Below are positions 51,954 to 62,758 of a stretch of 64,000 nucleotides of DNA, in pieces (position 1 is the first letter of the stretch; every line of letters begins with the position of its first letter). The DNA is from an uncultured delta proteobacterium. Its GTDB lineage: Bacteria > Desulfobacterota > Desulfomonilia > Desulfomonilales > Desulfomonilaceae. A program made the position numbers and the translations under genes. The notes below the pieces were generated by a model. That model ran no database searches and had not been told where the DNA came from. It saw only the letters and a list, made by a program, of their open reading frames with translations. The stretch covers positions 832,001 through 896,000 of the forward strand of contig CAWBKB010000001.1 in NCBI GenBank assembly GCA_963789265.1, written 5' to 3'.

Positions 51954-54941
51954 ATGTCCGCGCTCTCCATCGCGGCCCAAGATCGACTCATTGGAGAGAT
52001 CCTCGACAGCCCCAATCCTGAGGCCGCGGCAAGCCGTCTTGACGATTTCTTGGCCGGGGAGGCTGCCGAAAGCGCCGGACAGATTCTGCACGACGATTCT
52101 GTAAGGCCGCATTTTCTGGCTGCAATCGCCGGATCCAGGTTTCTCAATTCTATTCTCCACCGGAATGTGGCCCTCCTGGAGTCACTCTTCTTACAAAAAG
52201 GCTTCCTAATCCCCAAAACTCGCTCCGTTATGGAAAGAGATCTCCGCAGCCGAACCGAGGGCATTTCCAGAATCGCTGAGCTGGACAAGGTGCTGCGCTG
52301 TTACAAAGAGGAAGAGTATCTGCGTATCGGCACCAGAGATCTTGCAGAGCTGGCCGGCGTTCCGGAAGTGATGGCAGAGCTTTCGGATCTAGCCGGAACC
52401 TGCATTCAAGTGGCTCTGGAATTTCACTGGGGCAGGCTGGTGTTGAAGCACGGAAAGCCTCGGGGCGTTAATGACGGCACAGGACTGGTCATCCTGGGGA
52501 TGGGAAAAATCTCCGGCCGAGAACTTAATTTCTCCTCGGATGTCGATTTGATCTTCCTGAGAGGCCCGGAAGTAGGCAGAACCGATGGTCCGGAACCCTG
52601 GCCCGTCAACGCCTTCTACGGAGCATTGGTGCAATCGGTTAGACGGTCCCTCGCGGACATTACCGAAGATGGTTTTGTATTCCGGCTGGATCTCAGGCTG
52701 AGGCCCGAAGGCGAAAAAGGTGAACTCGTCCCGTCGGTGAACAATGCTCTTGATTACTATCTGGGATGGGGGCGAACCTGGGAACGGGCCGCGCTCATGA
52801 AAGCTGTTCCTCTGGCAGGAGATTTTGATCTCGGGCATGCCTTCATTGCAGGGCTGGAACCATTCATTTATCGCAAGCACCTGGATTATTCGATGCTGGA
52901 AGACATGAGGCTCATGAAGCGTAGCATAGAGATGCAACTTAAAAGGAAGCCGGGAATCAACATAAAGTTAGGCCAAGGGGGAATCAGAGAGATCGAGTTC
53001 TTTGTTCAAACGCTCCAGCTCATTAACGGAGGGAAAACACCACGAGTAAGATCCCGGGGGACTTTGGAAGCCCTGGGCCTTCTCCGGGAGGCAGGCCTTC
53101 TGGAGACAAGGACGATGGAAGAGTTGCGTGATGCATATCTATTCTTCCGCCGCACCGAGCATCGTATTCAGATCGATCATCAACTCCAAACCCACGAACT
53201 GCCCAGAACTGTTCAGGATCAGGAAGAACTGGCCAGAAGGATGGGTTACAGAAAAGATGCTCTCAAGGCATTTCTCTCGGATTTGGAAGGCAAGCGCCGT
53301 GCAGTTGAGGAACTCTTTTCCAGCTTGTTCCATTCTGAAGAAAACGGGAGCAAGGCCGTCTCACCGGCGGTAAAGCGAATCTTTGAAGTAATTCAAGACC
53401 AAGATTCCGCTTTGCCTGTTCTCTCGGAGCTTGGTTTTGAGGATGCGGCCGCGTCATATCCGATTTTGCACGATCTCTTGATCCCCTCGGATAGGAAAAT
53501 CAAATCCGAAAAAGGGCGCCATCTTCTGGAGCGGTTGGCCCCGCTTCTTCTTGAAGAGCTTTTGAAAGCCCCGGAACGCAGCAAGACGCTGATTGCACTG
53601 GACAGCTACGTGGACTCGCTGCATTCCCAGTCGAGTTATTTGGCAACCTTGCTCGAAAACCCGCCGACAATTGAATTCATAATGACGATCCTGCGGGAAA
53701 GCCGATTCTTCACAGATCTCCTGATTCGCCACCCCCAATCCATCGATTCCCTCATAGCCCGAGGAGCGCCGCATTACCCGAAAGAGAAGGAGTACCTGGA
53801 AACAGAGTTGTCCGACCGGCTCAGATATTGCCCGGACTTTGAGTCTGAACTCGATGTGTTGCGAATTTTCAAGAATGACGAAATGCTCATGATAGGCGTG
53901 CGCCACATTTCAGGCGAGATCGAGTCACCTGTAGCGCGAAGTCTCGTAACCGAACTGGCAGAGGTTTGCCTTCGTGCAGCCGTGGAAATCGCTTTAAAAG
54001 AGATGGAGCGACGGTTCGGCCGATTCGATTTCTTCGAGACCCTGCCGTTCGTGATCCTGGGGATGGGAAAGCTGGGCGGCATGGAGATGACATACCTGTC
54101 CGATCTGGACGTTATATTCATATACGACCCCCCTTCAGATCAAATAGGCCGGTTTTCCAGCCACGAGTGGTTCACCAGGCTGGCAAATCGAATCATATCT
54201 ATCCTCAGTGTTCCAACAGCCGAAGGGACAGTCTTCGCCATTGACGCCAGGTTAAGACCGTCGGGGAACAAAGGGCCCCTGGTCTCTTCGCTCTCTGCAT
54301 TTAGAGATTACCACAGGACGACTTCATGGCTTTGGGAGAAACAGGCTCTGATTAAGGCTCGATCCGTGACCGGGCCGCAGCGGCTTGCCGAAGAAGTCAC
54401 CCGGATCGTTCGGGATTGCATCATGAGCACGGAACTTTCAGACGATGGTCTGCGCGAAATCGCCAAATTGCGGAGAAGAATGGAAAGCGAGTTGGCGCTG
54501 GAAGGCGATTTGCAGGTAGATTTGAAGACGGGTCACGGCGGATTGGTGGATGTGGAGTTTTTTGTCCAGGCGAATATTCTGAGGCACGCGGCACACAGGC
54601 CGGATATAATCCGCAACAACACGCTGGGAGCGCTGGCAGCTTTGCATGACGCCGGATTGCTTGATGAAGAGTCGTTTCACACCCTGGATTTCGGCTACCG
54701 ATTCCTCAGTAATCTGGAGGATCGCCTCCGCATTATGGAATATCGAAGCATCGACCGAATGCCGCTTGAAGGAGACAAGGTTAAAGGTCTGGCATGGAGG
54801 ATGGGTTATGGAGATCGAGGCGAGGACAGCTTTCTCAACGATTATTTCAGGGTCACGGGCTCGATAAGGAACGTATACAACGCTTTTTTCGGTGCAGATA
54901 AAAACAAACCGACCCGAAGGGGGGCCGGAGAAAGGACTTAA
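51954..54941 (+). CDS. glnE: Glutamine synthetase adenylyltransferase/deadenylase
   Basis: Two NTase domains (GMGK..G.ELN.SSDVDL; GMGKLGG.E..YLSDLD), D.RLRP.G twice, GGIREIEF. Confidence 0.96.
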   Translation: MSALSIAAQDRLIGEILDSPNPEAAASRLDDFLAGEAAESAGQILHDDSVRPHFLAAIAGSRFLNSILHRNVALLESLFLQKGFLIPKTRSVMERDLRSRTEGISRIAELDKVLRCYKEEEYLRIGTRDLAELAGVPEVMAELSDLAGTCIQVALEFHWGRLVLKHGKPRGVNDGTGLVILGMGKISGRELNFSSDVDLIFLRGPEVGRTDGPEPWPVNAFYGALVQSVRRSLADITEDGFVFRLDLRLRPEGEKGELVPSVNNALDYYLGWGRTWERAALMKAVPLAGDFDLGHAFIAGLEPFIYRKHLDYSMLEDMRLMKRSIEMQLKRKPGINIKLGQGGIREIEFFVQTLQLINGGKTPRVRSRGTLEALGLLREAGLLETRTMEELRDAYLFFRRTEHRIQIDHQLQTHELPRTVQDQEELARRMGYRKDALKAFLSDLEGKRRAVEELFSSLFHSEENGSKAVSPAVKRIFEVIQDQDSALPVLSELGFEDAAASYPILHDLLIPSDRKIKSEKGRHLLERLAPLLLEELLKAPERSKTLIALDSYVDSLHSQSSYLATLLENPPTIEFIMTILRESRFFTDLLIRHPQSIDSLIARGAPHYPKEKEYLETELSDRLRYCPDFESELDVLRIFKNDEMLMIGVRHISGEIESPVARSLVTELAEVCLRAAVEIALKEMERRFGRFDFFETLPFVILGMGKLGGMEMTYLSDLDVIFIYDPPSDQIGRFSSHEWFTRLANRIISILSVPTAEGTVFAIDARLRPSGNKGPLVSSLSAFRDYHRTTSWLWEKQALIKARSVTGPQRLAEEVTRIVRDCIMSTELSDDGLREIAKLRRRMESELALEGDLQVDLKTGHGGLVDVEFFVQANILRHAAHRPDIIRNNTLGALAALHDAGLLDEESFHTLDFGYRFLSNLEDRLRIMEYRSIDRMPLEGDKVKGLAWRMGYGDRGEDSFLNDYFRVTGSIRNVYNAFFGADKNKPTRRGAGERT

Positions 54942-54945
54942 GGCA

Positions 54946-56130
54946 TTATCGCAATCCCTGGATGCAGAGGTCTTTCGCGATCCTGTCCCGCGTGGCCTCG
55001 AACTCAGTTTCTACTTCGAGGAACGTTTCGACGAGTTCCGGATCAAAGTGCTTGCCCTTCTCCTGAATGATGATTTCTCGAGCCTCTTCGTGCGAATAAG
55101 ACCGCTTGTAGCGACGTTCGGTGGTCAAAGCATCATAAACGTCTGCTATCGCGACGATGCGAGCGGACAAGGGTATCGCTTCTTCTTTCAGCCCGAAAGG
55201 GTATCCGTTCCCATCCCAACGCTCATGGTGGTAGTAAGCCACATCCTTTGCGAGGAATAGATAGCTCTCCTTATCCCCTGCTTCACGCGCAGCCTCCTCA
55301 AGCGCGGCACCGCCGTACACGGAATGGCGCTTCATGATCTCGAACTCATCCATCCCAAACTTTTTCGGGTTGAATAAGATCGAATCGGGTATCCCGACCT
55401 TCCCTATGTCATGCAGTACAGAGCATTGGACAAGGTCATCGATGAACTCCTGGGTCATTAGTTCCTGATAGCGTGCGTGCGCTGCCGCCTGATTACACAG
55501 AATCCTGCAATATTCTTGAAGCCGTGAAAGATGAAAAGCTGTCTCCCCGTCCCGCGATTCGGCAAGCTTGGCAAGAGCGAAAATTGAAGCCCCCTGAATT
55601 CTTCGGATGCGTTGATACGACTTCATCAATTCGGTGGTTCTTTGCTCAACCTCTTTTTCCAGCAAGTATCTGTAATCTTTCTCAAACCGCCGAAGACGGC
55701 AATGTTCGATGCCTTTTTGGACCGTATTCAGGAGGATCTCTGTGTTCACCGGCTTCAGCAAGAAATCGTGAGCGCCTCGCCGAAGGGCCAACACGGCATT
55801 TTCAAGATCCCCGTGGCCTGTGACCACGACCACCGGCACCGTCCCGTCGATCTTCCTGATGGTGGCGAGGACTTCCAGACCGTTGATTTGCGGCATGTGG
55901 ATGTCTGTGACCACCAAATCAGGGCGACTCTCATTAAAGATTTCTATGGCTTTGCCCCCTCCGTTTGCGGTCAATACGGAAAAGCCTTTGATCGCCAATA
56001 GATCTCTGAACGTTTCGAGAGTGATGGTATCGTCGTCGATGATGAGGACGGAACCCCTGGTTGTTGGGGTTCCCGCCATGAGCGCATCATCAACGATAGA
56101 TTTATAAAGGTCTGCCGGCAAGAACTGCAC
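54946..56130 (-). CDS. Response regulator with HD-GYP phosphodiesterase domain (RpfG-like)
   Basis: REC domain (IIDDD, TDIHMP, KP), LHDIGK, HHERWDGNGYP, ADVYDAL. Confidence 0.93.
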   Translation of the reverse strand: MQFLPADLYKSIVDDALMAGTPTTRGSVLIIDDDTITLETFRDLLAIKGFSVLTANGGGKAIEIFNESRPDLVVTDIHMPQINGLEVLATIRKIDGTVPVVVVTGHGDLENAVLALRRGAHDFLLKPVNTEILLNTVQKGIEHCRLRRFEKDYRYLLEKEVEQRTTELMKSYQRIRRIQGASIFALAKLAESRDGETAFHLSRLQEYCRILCNQAAAHARYQELMTQEFIDDLVQCSVLHDIGKVGIPDSILFNPKKFGMDEFEIMKRHSVYGGAALEEAAREAGDKESYLFLAKDVAYYHHERWDGNGYPFGLKEEAIPLSARIVAIADVYDALTTERRYKRSYSHEEAREIIIQEKGKHFDPELVETFLEVETEFEATRDRIAKDLCIQGLR

Positions 56131-56594
56131 TCCGTTCCATTCAACCCCTAAGACAAAACGAAAAGCTCCCCACGTGAAGGCCGTCGTCTCGAATCATGAG
56201 AAATCCTAACCCATAAGCCGGGCAGTGCGGGCAAAAAGGCCCAACCGGTGCTCGCTTCCCGTTACTACACTACAATCTGATCTTGTGTTGCTCTTCCGAT
56301 CGTTGCGTTATCACGATGTCCCGACGCCGTTGGATAAACCATCTTAGGCGTTGTGTCACACGGGTGTCAATGATCAATTCCAAAAGGTAGGCGCGTCCCG
56401 GCTAATTTGGCTCACGCGATTGACATGGCAACCGACATGATTTACCTGACTGGTGAAGTGTCATCGTTCAGCCGGCTTTTCCCCGGGCACGAGAGGCCCT
56501 TTTTGAACATTGCCTAATCCACTATCAATCAGTCTCGAGGGGCTTCTTTCCGCTGGGCGATTGCCTGAAAGTTTGATCCGGTAGGAGTCTCATA

Positions 56595-59183
56595 ATGCGT
56601 GCAGAAAAATTTACCCTCAAATCTCAGGAAGCTCTGGAGCTGGCCCAGAATACAGCGAGCAACCGCGGCAACCCTCAAGTGGAAACAGAGCACCTGTTGC
56701 TGGCATTACTCTCCGACGAAGAAGGCATCTGCGTTGAAATCCTCAAGAAGCTGGGAGCTGACCCTGAGCGTATCCGAAATGAAACCCTGCACGCGGTGGA
56801 AAAGCTGCCGCAACAGAGCGGTGCCGTTGCAGACCGGTACTATTCCAACTCACTCAGAGCGGTTCTTGAAGCTGCATTCAAAGAAATGGAGCAGCTCAAG
56901 GACGAGTACGTGTCCGTTGAGCATCTTCTGATTGCCCTTTCTGAGGTCTCAGGGACCGTGGCTTCCAAAATCCTCACCGGCCGCGGCGTTACCAAGGATA
57001 AGATCTACACGGTGCTGACGGACATTCGCGGTACCCAGCGAGTGACCGACCAATCACCTGAAGAAAAATATCAGGCTCTGAAGCGCTTTACCCGCGATCT
57101 GACGGACCTCGCACGCAAAGGGAAGCTCGACCCGGTAATCGGTCGCGACGACGAAATCAGGCGAATTATTCAAGTCCTGTCGCGCAGAACAAAGAATAAT
57201 CCGGTCCTCATCGGGGATCCCGGAGTCGGCAAGACTGCCATTGTAGAGGGGCTCGCCGGAAGAATTGTGTCGGGGGACATTCCCGAAACGCTCAGAGGCA
57301 AGCGAGTATTGGCGCTCGACATCGGCCAGCTTGTTGCTGGCGCGAAGTATCGGGGGGAGTTCGAAGATCGTCTCAAGGCCGTGCTAAAGGAAGTTACCGG
57401 CGCGGCAGGTGAAATCATCCTGTTTATCGATGAAATGCACACCCTGGTTGGGGCCGGCGCGGCTGAAGGAGCGGTTGACGCGTCTAACATGCTCAAACCT
57501 GCTTTGGCTCGCGGCGAGCTTCGATGCGTTGGCGCCACGACCATCAACGAGTACAGGAAGCACATCGAAAAGGATGCGGCGCTCGAACGACGGTTTCAGC
57601 CGATTTACGTAGCCGAGCCTTCTGTAGAGGACTCAATTTCGATCCTGAGAGGTCTAAAGGAACGCTACGAGATTCACCACGGTGTCAGAATTCAGGATGC
57701 CGCAATAATAGCAGCCGTGACCCTATCCCACCGCTACATTACCGACCGTTTCCTGCCCGACAAGGCCATCGACCTCATAGACGAAGCCTCGTCCAAGCTC
57801 AGGATAGAGATTGACTCGATGCCCACTGAAATTGATGAGATCGAACGGCGCATCATTCAGCTTCAAATTGAACAACAGGCGCTTAACAAGGAGTCCGACC
57901 CGGCCAGCAAGGAACGGCTCCAAAAGGTTAAAATGGAAATCGAGCGATTGACCTCGCAATCGGATCTTCTCAAGACGCAATGGCACAAGGAAAAGGATGT
58001 CATAACAGCCATAAGAGAGCTGAAAGAACGGTACGAGCGAGCCAAAACCGAAGCGGCCCAGGCAGAGCGGGAAGGCAATCTGAGCAAAGCGGCTGAACTC
58101 AAATACGGCATGCTCATATCCCTGGAAAAGGATATCAAAGAGAAAAATGAGGAACTTGCCAACATTCAGAAAGACGGCGGACTGCTGAAAGAGGAAGTCG
58201 ATGCGGAAGACATAGCCGAGGTCGTGGCAAAGTGGACTGGCATCCCCGTGTCAAGGATGCTGGAAGGGGAAGTCGCAAAACTCCTCAGCATTGAGGACAG
58301 AATCGGTCAACGAGTCATCGGCCAACGAGAAGCGATAATCGCGGTTGCAAACGCTGTGCGCCGCGCGAGATCGGGTTTACAAGATCCCAATCGGCCGATC
58401 GGTTCATTCATCTTCATGGGGCCAACCGGTGTCGGCAAAACCGAACTCGCACGAGCCCTTGCGGAATTCCTCTTCGATGACGAACAGGCCATGGTACGCG
58501 TCGACATGTCGGAGTACATGGAAAGGCACTCGGTCGCGCGGCTTATCGGCGCGCCTCCGGGATACGTAGGATACGAGGAGGGAGGATACTTAACGGAGGC
58601 TGTTCGAAGACGCCCGTATTCGGTGGTTCTTTTCGACGAAATTGAGAAAGCTCACCCCGAAGTGTTTAACGCCCTTTTGCAGATACTCGACGATGGCCGG
58701 CTCACCGATGGCAAAGGGCGCACGGTGGATTTCAAGAACTGCATCATTATTATGACATCCAACATCGGTTCCACGGAGATCCGGGATTTCGCGGGAAAAG
58801 ACGAAGAGAGAATGCGAACCAGGGTCATGGAAGCTCTCAGGATGCACTTCAAACCCGAGTTCCTGAACCGGCTGGACGATGTGATAATCTTCCATTCCCT
58901 GGACAGGGAGCAGATCAAGCAGATTGTAGACATTCAAATGCGGCGCCTCAACAAGCGGCTTGCGGACAACAAGCTCACCCTGGTCCTGGAGCCTTCAGCC
59001 AGAGACATGCTTGCAGCCGAAGGGTACGACCCCGCGTATGGAGCGCGGCCGCTCAAGCGTGCGATGCAACGGCTCATCGAGAATCCTCTGGCGATGGAAA
59101 TTCTCGCGGGTAAGTTCCAACCGGGAGATACCATAGAGGCCCAGGTCGAGGGCGATCATCTTCGATTTGCGAAAAAAGGATGA
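56595..59183 (+). CDS. clpB: Chaperone ClpB
   Basis: Two AAA+ modules ([16 protein letters not shown]), long middle coiled coil, GAPPGYVG. Confidence 0.97.
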   Translation: MRAEKFTLKSQEALELAQNTASNRGNPQVETEHLLLALLSDEEGICVEILKKLGADPERIRNETLHAVEKLPQQSGAVADRYYSNSLRAVLEAAFKEMEQLKDEYVSVEHLLIALSEVSGTVASKILTGRGVTKDKIYTVLTDIRGTQRVTDQSPEEKYQALKRFTRDLTDLARKGKLDPVIGRDDEIRRIIQVLSRRTKNNPVLIGDPGVGKTAIVEGLAGRIVSGDIPETLRGKRVLALDIGQLVAGAKYRGEFEDRLKAVLKEVTGAAGEIILFIDEMHTLVGAGAAEGAVDASNMLKPALARGELRCVGATTINEYRKHIEKDAALERRFQPIYVAEPSVEDSISILRGLKERYEIHHGVRIQDAAIIAAVTLSHRYITDRFLPDKAIDLIDEASSKLRIEIDSMPTEIDEIERRIIQLQIEQQALNKESDPASKERLQKVKMEIERLTSQSDLLKTQWHKEKDVITAIRELKERYERAKTEAAQAEREGNLSKAAELKYGMLISLEKDIKEKNEELANIQKDGGLLKEEVDAEDIAEVVAKWTGIPVSRMLEGEVAKLLSIEDRIGQRVIGQREAIIAVANAVRRARSGLQDPNRPIGSFIFMGPTGVGKTELARALAEFLFDDEQAMVRVDMSEYMERHSVARLIGAPPGYVGYEEGGYLTEAVRRRPYSVVLFDEIEKAHPEVFNALLQILDDGRLTDGKGRTVDFKNCIIIMTSNIGSTEIRDFAGKDEERMRTRVMEALRMHFKPEFLNRLDDVIIFHSLDREQIKQIVDIQMRRLNKRLADNKLTLVLEPSARDMLAAEGYDPAYGARPLKRAMQRLIENPLAMEILAGKFQPGDTIEAQVEGDHLRFAKKG

Positions 59184-59476
59184 CCGACTGGATGAAAGCC
59201 GTATGAGAAGCCATGCAAGGGGCACAGTCGTGGGATGAGGCCGCCCTCACCCTGATCTCTCCCGCCAGGGGGAGTCTTTACGTCACCGTCGCCCCGGACT
59301 TCGATCCGCGGTCCAGGATTCCTGGATTTCGGCATTCGCCGGATTGGGGCGAAAAGCGCCTCCGCCCACTGATAAAAAAAAAAAAGGTTTGCGCGAAGAC
59401 TGAAGCAGCGTATTATCTGGGGGCAAGACCCGAAAGTGTGTTTATCTGAAAACCAGTTAAACAGGAGTTGGAACTC

Positions 59477-60034
59477 ATGCTCGGACTTCCAGATGTAGCC
59501 ATTGGCGCGGTGGTGGCGGCCCTTGTCGCGGGACTGGTTTCGTTGCTTGGCCTCATCATCAGTAAAGAGCAGAAGATTTCAGAGTTCCGACAGGCATGGA
59601 TTGATGCTCTTCGATCGGAAATTTCTGCTCTTATTTCTCATGCAAACGCCATTCATGGCACTAGTGCGGCTGGCTTGGAAAGGGCGTCAGAACTCTGGAA
59701 AGTAGTGAGGCCAGATTTCCTAGGAATCAATCAAGCTGCTGCAAACGTTAGGCTGCGGCTCAACCCGAAGGAGAAAGAAGCATCTGCGGTGTTGGAGCAA
59801 ATTGAGGGGCTAGAGCAGCTACTGCTCCCCGGACGCACAGTGGAGTACGCTCAGATAGATGAAACAGAGAAAAGACTCGTTGCTGCCGCGCAGGTTCTCC
59901 TCAAGCAAGAGTGGCTTCGCGTTAAGCAGGGAGAGCAGGTATACCGCATTGCTAGGATTTGTGCGCTCATTGTTCTAATGGTCTGTGTGGTTGCACTATT
60001 TACCATTGCGGTGATGAGGGCAGCCACCCTATGA
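59477..60034 (+). CDS. Hypothetical protein with N- and C-terminal TM helices, possible gene cassette
   Basis: AGGAG RBS; hydrophobic ends around a helical soluble core. Confidence 0.75.
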   Translation: MLGLPDVAIGAVVAALVAGLVSLLGLIISKEQKISEFRQAWIDALRSEISALISHANAIHGTSAAGLERASELWKVVRPDFLGINQAAANVRLRLNPKEKEASAVLEQIEGLEQLLLPGRTVEYAQIDETEKRLVAAAQVLLKQEWLRVKQGEQVYRIARICALIVLMVCVVALFTIAVMRAATL

Positions 60035-60093
60035 ATTCTACTATCAAGTTCAAGCCGCGGCTTACCTATTTCATATAAAGAGCTAAAAAGGTG

Positions 60094-60152
60094 GGATAAC
60101 AAGTGCTGCACCCGATTCTGGACCTCTTGGTCCGTGAAGCCAACCGTTCTTT
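60094..60152 (+). other. Degenerate attC-like (59-base element) site
   Basis: GGATAAC-AAGT-GCTGCACC-CGA...GGACC/GGTCC hairpin...GTGAAGC-CAACC-GTT. Confidence 0.4.
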
Positions 60153-60932
60153 TGCTGCTCGAATGTCCACCGCTCGCCGGTGCCGCCACCCCTGATCCGT
60201 CCCCGGTCCTCCCATAGGATATGTTGCTCATCAAATGCCACGTACTCGGTCATTGGACCGGAATCCGGTCCCTCCCGGCCCCTGTCTATCTGTTTTTCGC
60301 TTCAACCGTCCCTCAGAAGAAATCGTGGCACAACCAGGAACCCGGCCCGAGTTTCGAGACAATTTCAGATGCCGGTCCCCCTTCTAGCGCGACTGGCAAC
60401 GACAGCGTGAAAATGTCATCTGCTTTGGAGAGTTGGTTGCCCTCGTCCGCGCATTTCAAGAAGGTCGGCTGGTAAAACTGCCTGGGTTGCGCCTCCGGGG
60501 TCTAAGATGACCGGCCCGGCTCAAATCTTTCGAGATGCCCTCCCAAGGCAAGCCTAGACCGGTGTCTCGGCAGGGTCGGCTGCGCTCGATGTCACAATCC
60601 GCACATCAATCGTTTTCTTCAGTAGTGAGGCTATCCGAACGAGCATGGACAGAGCATCGCCGTTATATAGTCTTTGCCAAGAATAATGTCTCTTTGCCCG
60701 TAAGATACGGAAAATCGAGAAGGTGCGCCATGTTGGGCACTTCACGGTCATTCCAGCGCACGCTTGAATTCGGTAGGGCCTGCCTCCGCGCGACGCTGGG
60801 TCGCTCCGAAGCCACCGGCAGAGACGCCGGCGCTCCCGGATCGGCGTCCGGGGTGACGCTGCCGAACAGGATTGCAAGCACACACAGGATTGCCCGAAAT
60901 AAGACACTGTATTTAGGAAATGGTGTACACAG

Positions 60933-61910
60933 CTAGCCCCGCAATTCCTTTATCTTTTCTTCGAGGGCAGGGACAACTTCATTGAGATCGCCCACAATTC
61001 CGTACTGAGCGACCCGAAAGATGGGGGCCCGCGGGTCTTTGTTTACAGCCACGATGAGCGGCGATCCTTTGATGCCGCCGAGGTGCTGGAATGCGCCACT
61101 GATTCCCAGGGCAAGATACACTTTCGGCTTGACCTCAACGCCGGAAGTGCCGACTTGATGGAACTTGGGAAGAAGGTTCTTGTCCACAATCGGTCTCGAG
61201 CAGGCCAACACGCCTCCCATCGTCTCCGCCAGTGATTCGAACACCTCCATGTCGGGTTCATCCCCGATGCCTCTCCCGACGGACACGACGATATCAGCCG
61301 AGGCTACATCTACGTCCCCTTTCTCCGCTTCCACGTACCCCACAAAGCGCTTGCGCAAAGGGTCGTCGGTTAACGGCGAAGGTAGTGCTTCGACTACGCC
61401 CGCTTCAGAGCCGGAAGGTTTGAAAGAGAATGCTCCGCCCCGCAGAGTCACAACTATCTTCTCAGCAGTTTTGAACGATACGACAGTATTGACTTTGTAG
61501 CTGTACATCTGCCGCGAAGCGAAGAACTTTCCATCTCTCACTTCCAACCCGTAGCAATCGGTGGCCAGCGCCGCGTCCAGAGCCACAGACAGGCCGGGGG
61601 CCAGATCCATGATCGAGTTCGAGTTCCCCATGATCAGTATGAACGGCTCGCTGTCCGGGAGGATTTTTACAAGCGCTTTCATGATTGCTTCAGAATTGAA
61701 AGGCTCGAACTTTGAGTCGTCCACGGTCAAGACCCGGGGGCACTCCTTTGCCAGCAGTCCGGCCATGCCCGCGACTTGGCTGCCCAGAAGGAGACACGTA
61801 AGCTCGGCTCCCAGATCGCTTGCCAGCTTGCGGCCCGCTGCAATGGCCTCCCATGTGGAATCTCTCAATTGATGCTTGCGGTGCTCGGCCAGGACAAATA
61901 TCTGCTTCAT
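60933..61910 (-). CDS. etfA: Electron transfer flavoprotein alpha subunit
   Basis: IVVSVGRG, CSRPIVD, QVGTSG, GISGAFQH, AVNKD..APIF. Confidence 0.95.
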   Translation of the reverse strand: MKQIFVLAEHRKHQLRDSTWEAIAAGRKLASDLGAELTCLLLGSQVAGMAGLLAKECPRVLTVDDSKFEPFNSEAIMKALVKILPDSEPFILIMGNSNSIMDLAPGLSVALDAALATDCYGLEVRDGKFFASRQMYSYKVNTVVSFKTAEKIVVTLRGGAFSFKPSGSEAGVVEALPSPLTDDPLRKRFVGYVEAEKGDVDVASADIVVSVGRGIGDEPDMEVFESLAETMGGVLACSRPIVDKNLLPKFHQVGTSGVEVKPKVYLALGISGAFQHLGGIKGSPLIVAVNKDPRAPIFRVAQYGIVGDLNEVVPALEEKIKELRG

Positions 61911-62702
61911 CAACCGATACCTCCTTTCTCCTTCAATATCTTAGCGAGTCTCGCAGCAGCTTCTTCCGGGCTCCCCTTGATAATCTCGGCGCCTTCCCCT
62001 TCAGGAGGCAAAGAGACGGTTTCGATTTGTATCCTTGATCCGGCTGAGCCCACCTCAGACTCATCCAGACCGATTTGCTCGAGACCCAGGTACAGGGATT
62101 TCCAAGCCCGCGACTTTTCGCACCGCTCGGATAGAGACGAATCGAGGCTCGTTCAATCCGGTTGCAACCGAGACTGCCGCAGGCAGATCCATTTCAATTG
62201 CTTCGTAAAGCCCGCCTTCCAGTTCCCGGTTGAATTTGATTTTCCCATCCTGAGTTTCGATCTTAGAAACCAGCGTGGCTCCGGGAATGCCCAACATGGC
62301 TGCCAGCATTCCGCCCACCTGGCCGGAGCAATCGTCGTCGGCCAGGGTTCCTGTGAGAACAAGGTCGTGGGGCCGCTGTTTGATGAAGTGCGAGAGTATC
62401 CTCGCCACCGCAAAACCATCTGAACCCTCGAATGCATCGTCCCACAGGTGAAAAGCCTCGTCAGCGCCCCTGGCCAGACTCTCTCGGAGCATTTCTTCAG
62501 CCTCTTCCGGGGCTACAGTGACTGTCGTGACCTTACCACCTATTCTTTCCTTAATTTGGACAGCCTCTTCGACGGCAAAGCGATCCCAGTCGTTCACATC
62601 GAAGTCCAAGTCAACTTTCTTGATGTCTTTCCCGTCCCGGTCTACGGAAAGATCGGCTTCAGACGTGTCCGGTACCCATTTCATGCAAACAATGATGTCC
62701 AT
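61910..62702 (-). pseudogene. etfB: Electron transfer flavoprotein beta subunit with a +1 frameshift near 62089
   Basis: IIVCMKWVPD, D.FAVEEA, RELEGG, NEPRF. Extra C in GTA-C-CTG-GGT. The second frame continues LGLEQIGLDESEVG...KEKGGIG to a TGA overlapping the etfA ATG. Confidence 0.88.
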
Positions 62703-62758
62703 TGGTCCTCCCAAGCGTCTCAGGCGAGACTGCTTCATTCAATAGCACCGGCCGACAA

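Noticed and set aside
56289..56301. TGCTCTTCCGATC matching the Illumina adapter end
   Set aside because: Only 13 nt and the flanks diverge; either chance or an artefact, not biology
56400..56594. CIRCE/HrcA operator upstream of clpB
   Set aside because: No TTAGCACTC-N9-GAGTGCTAA present
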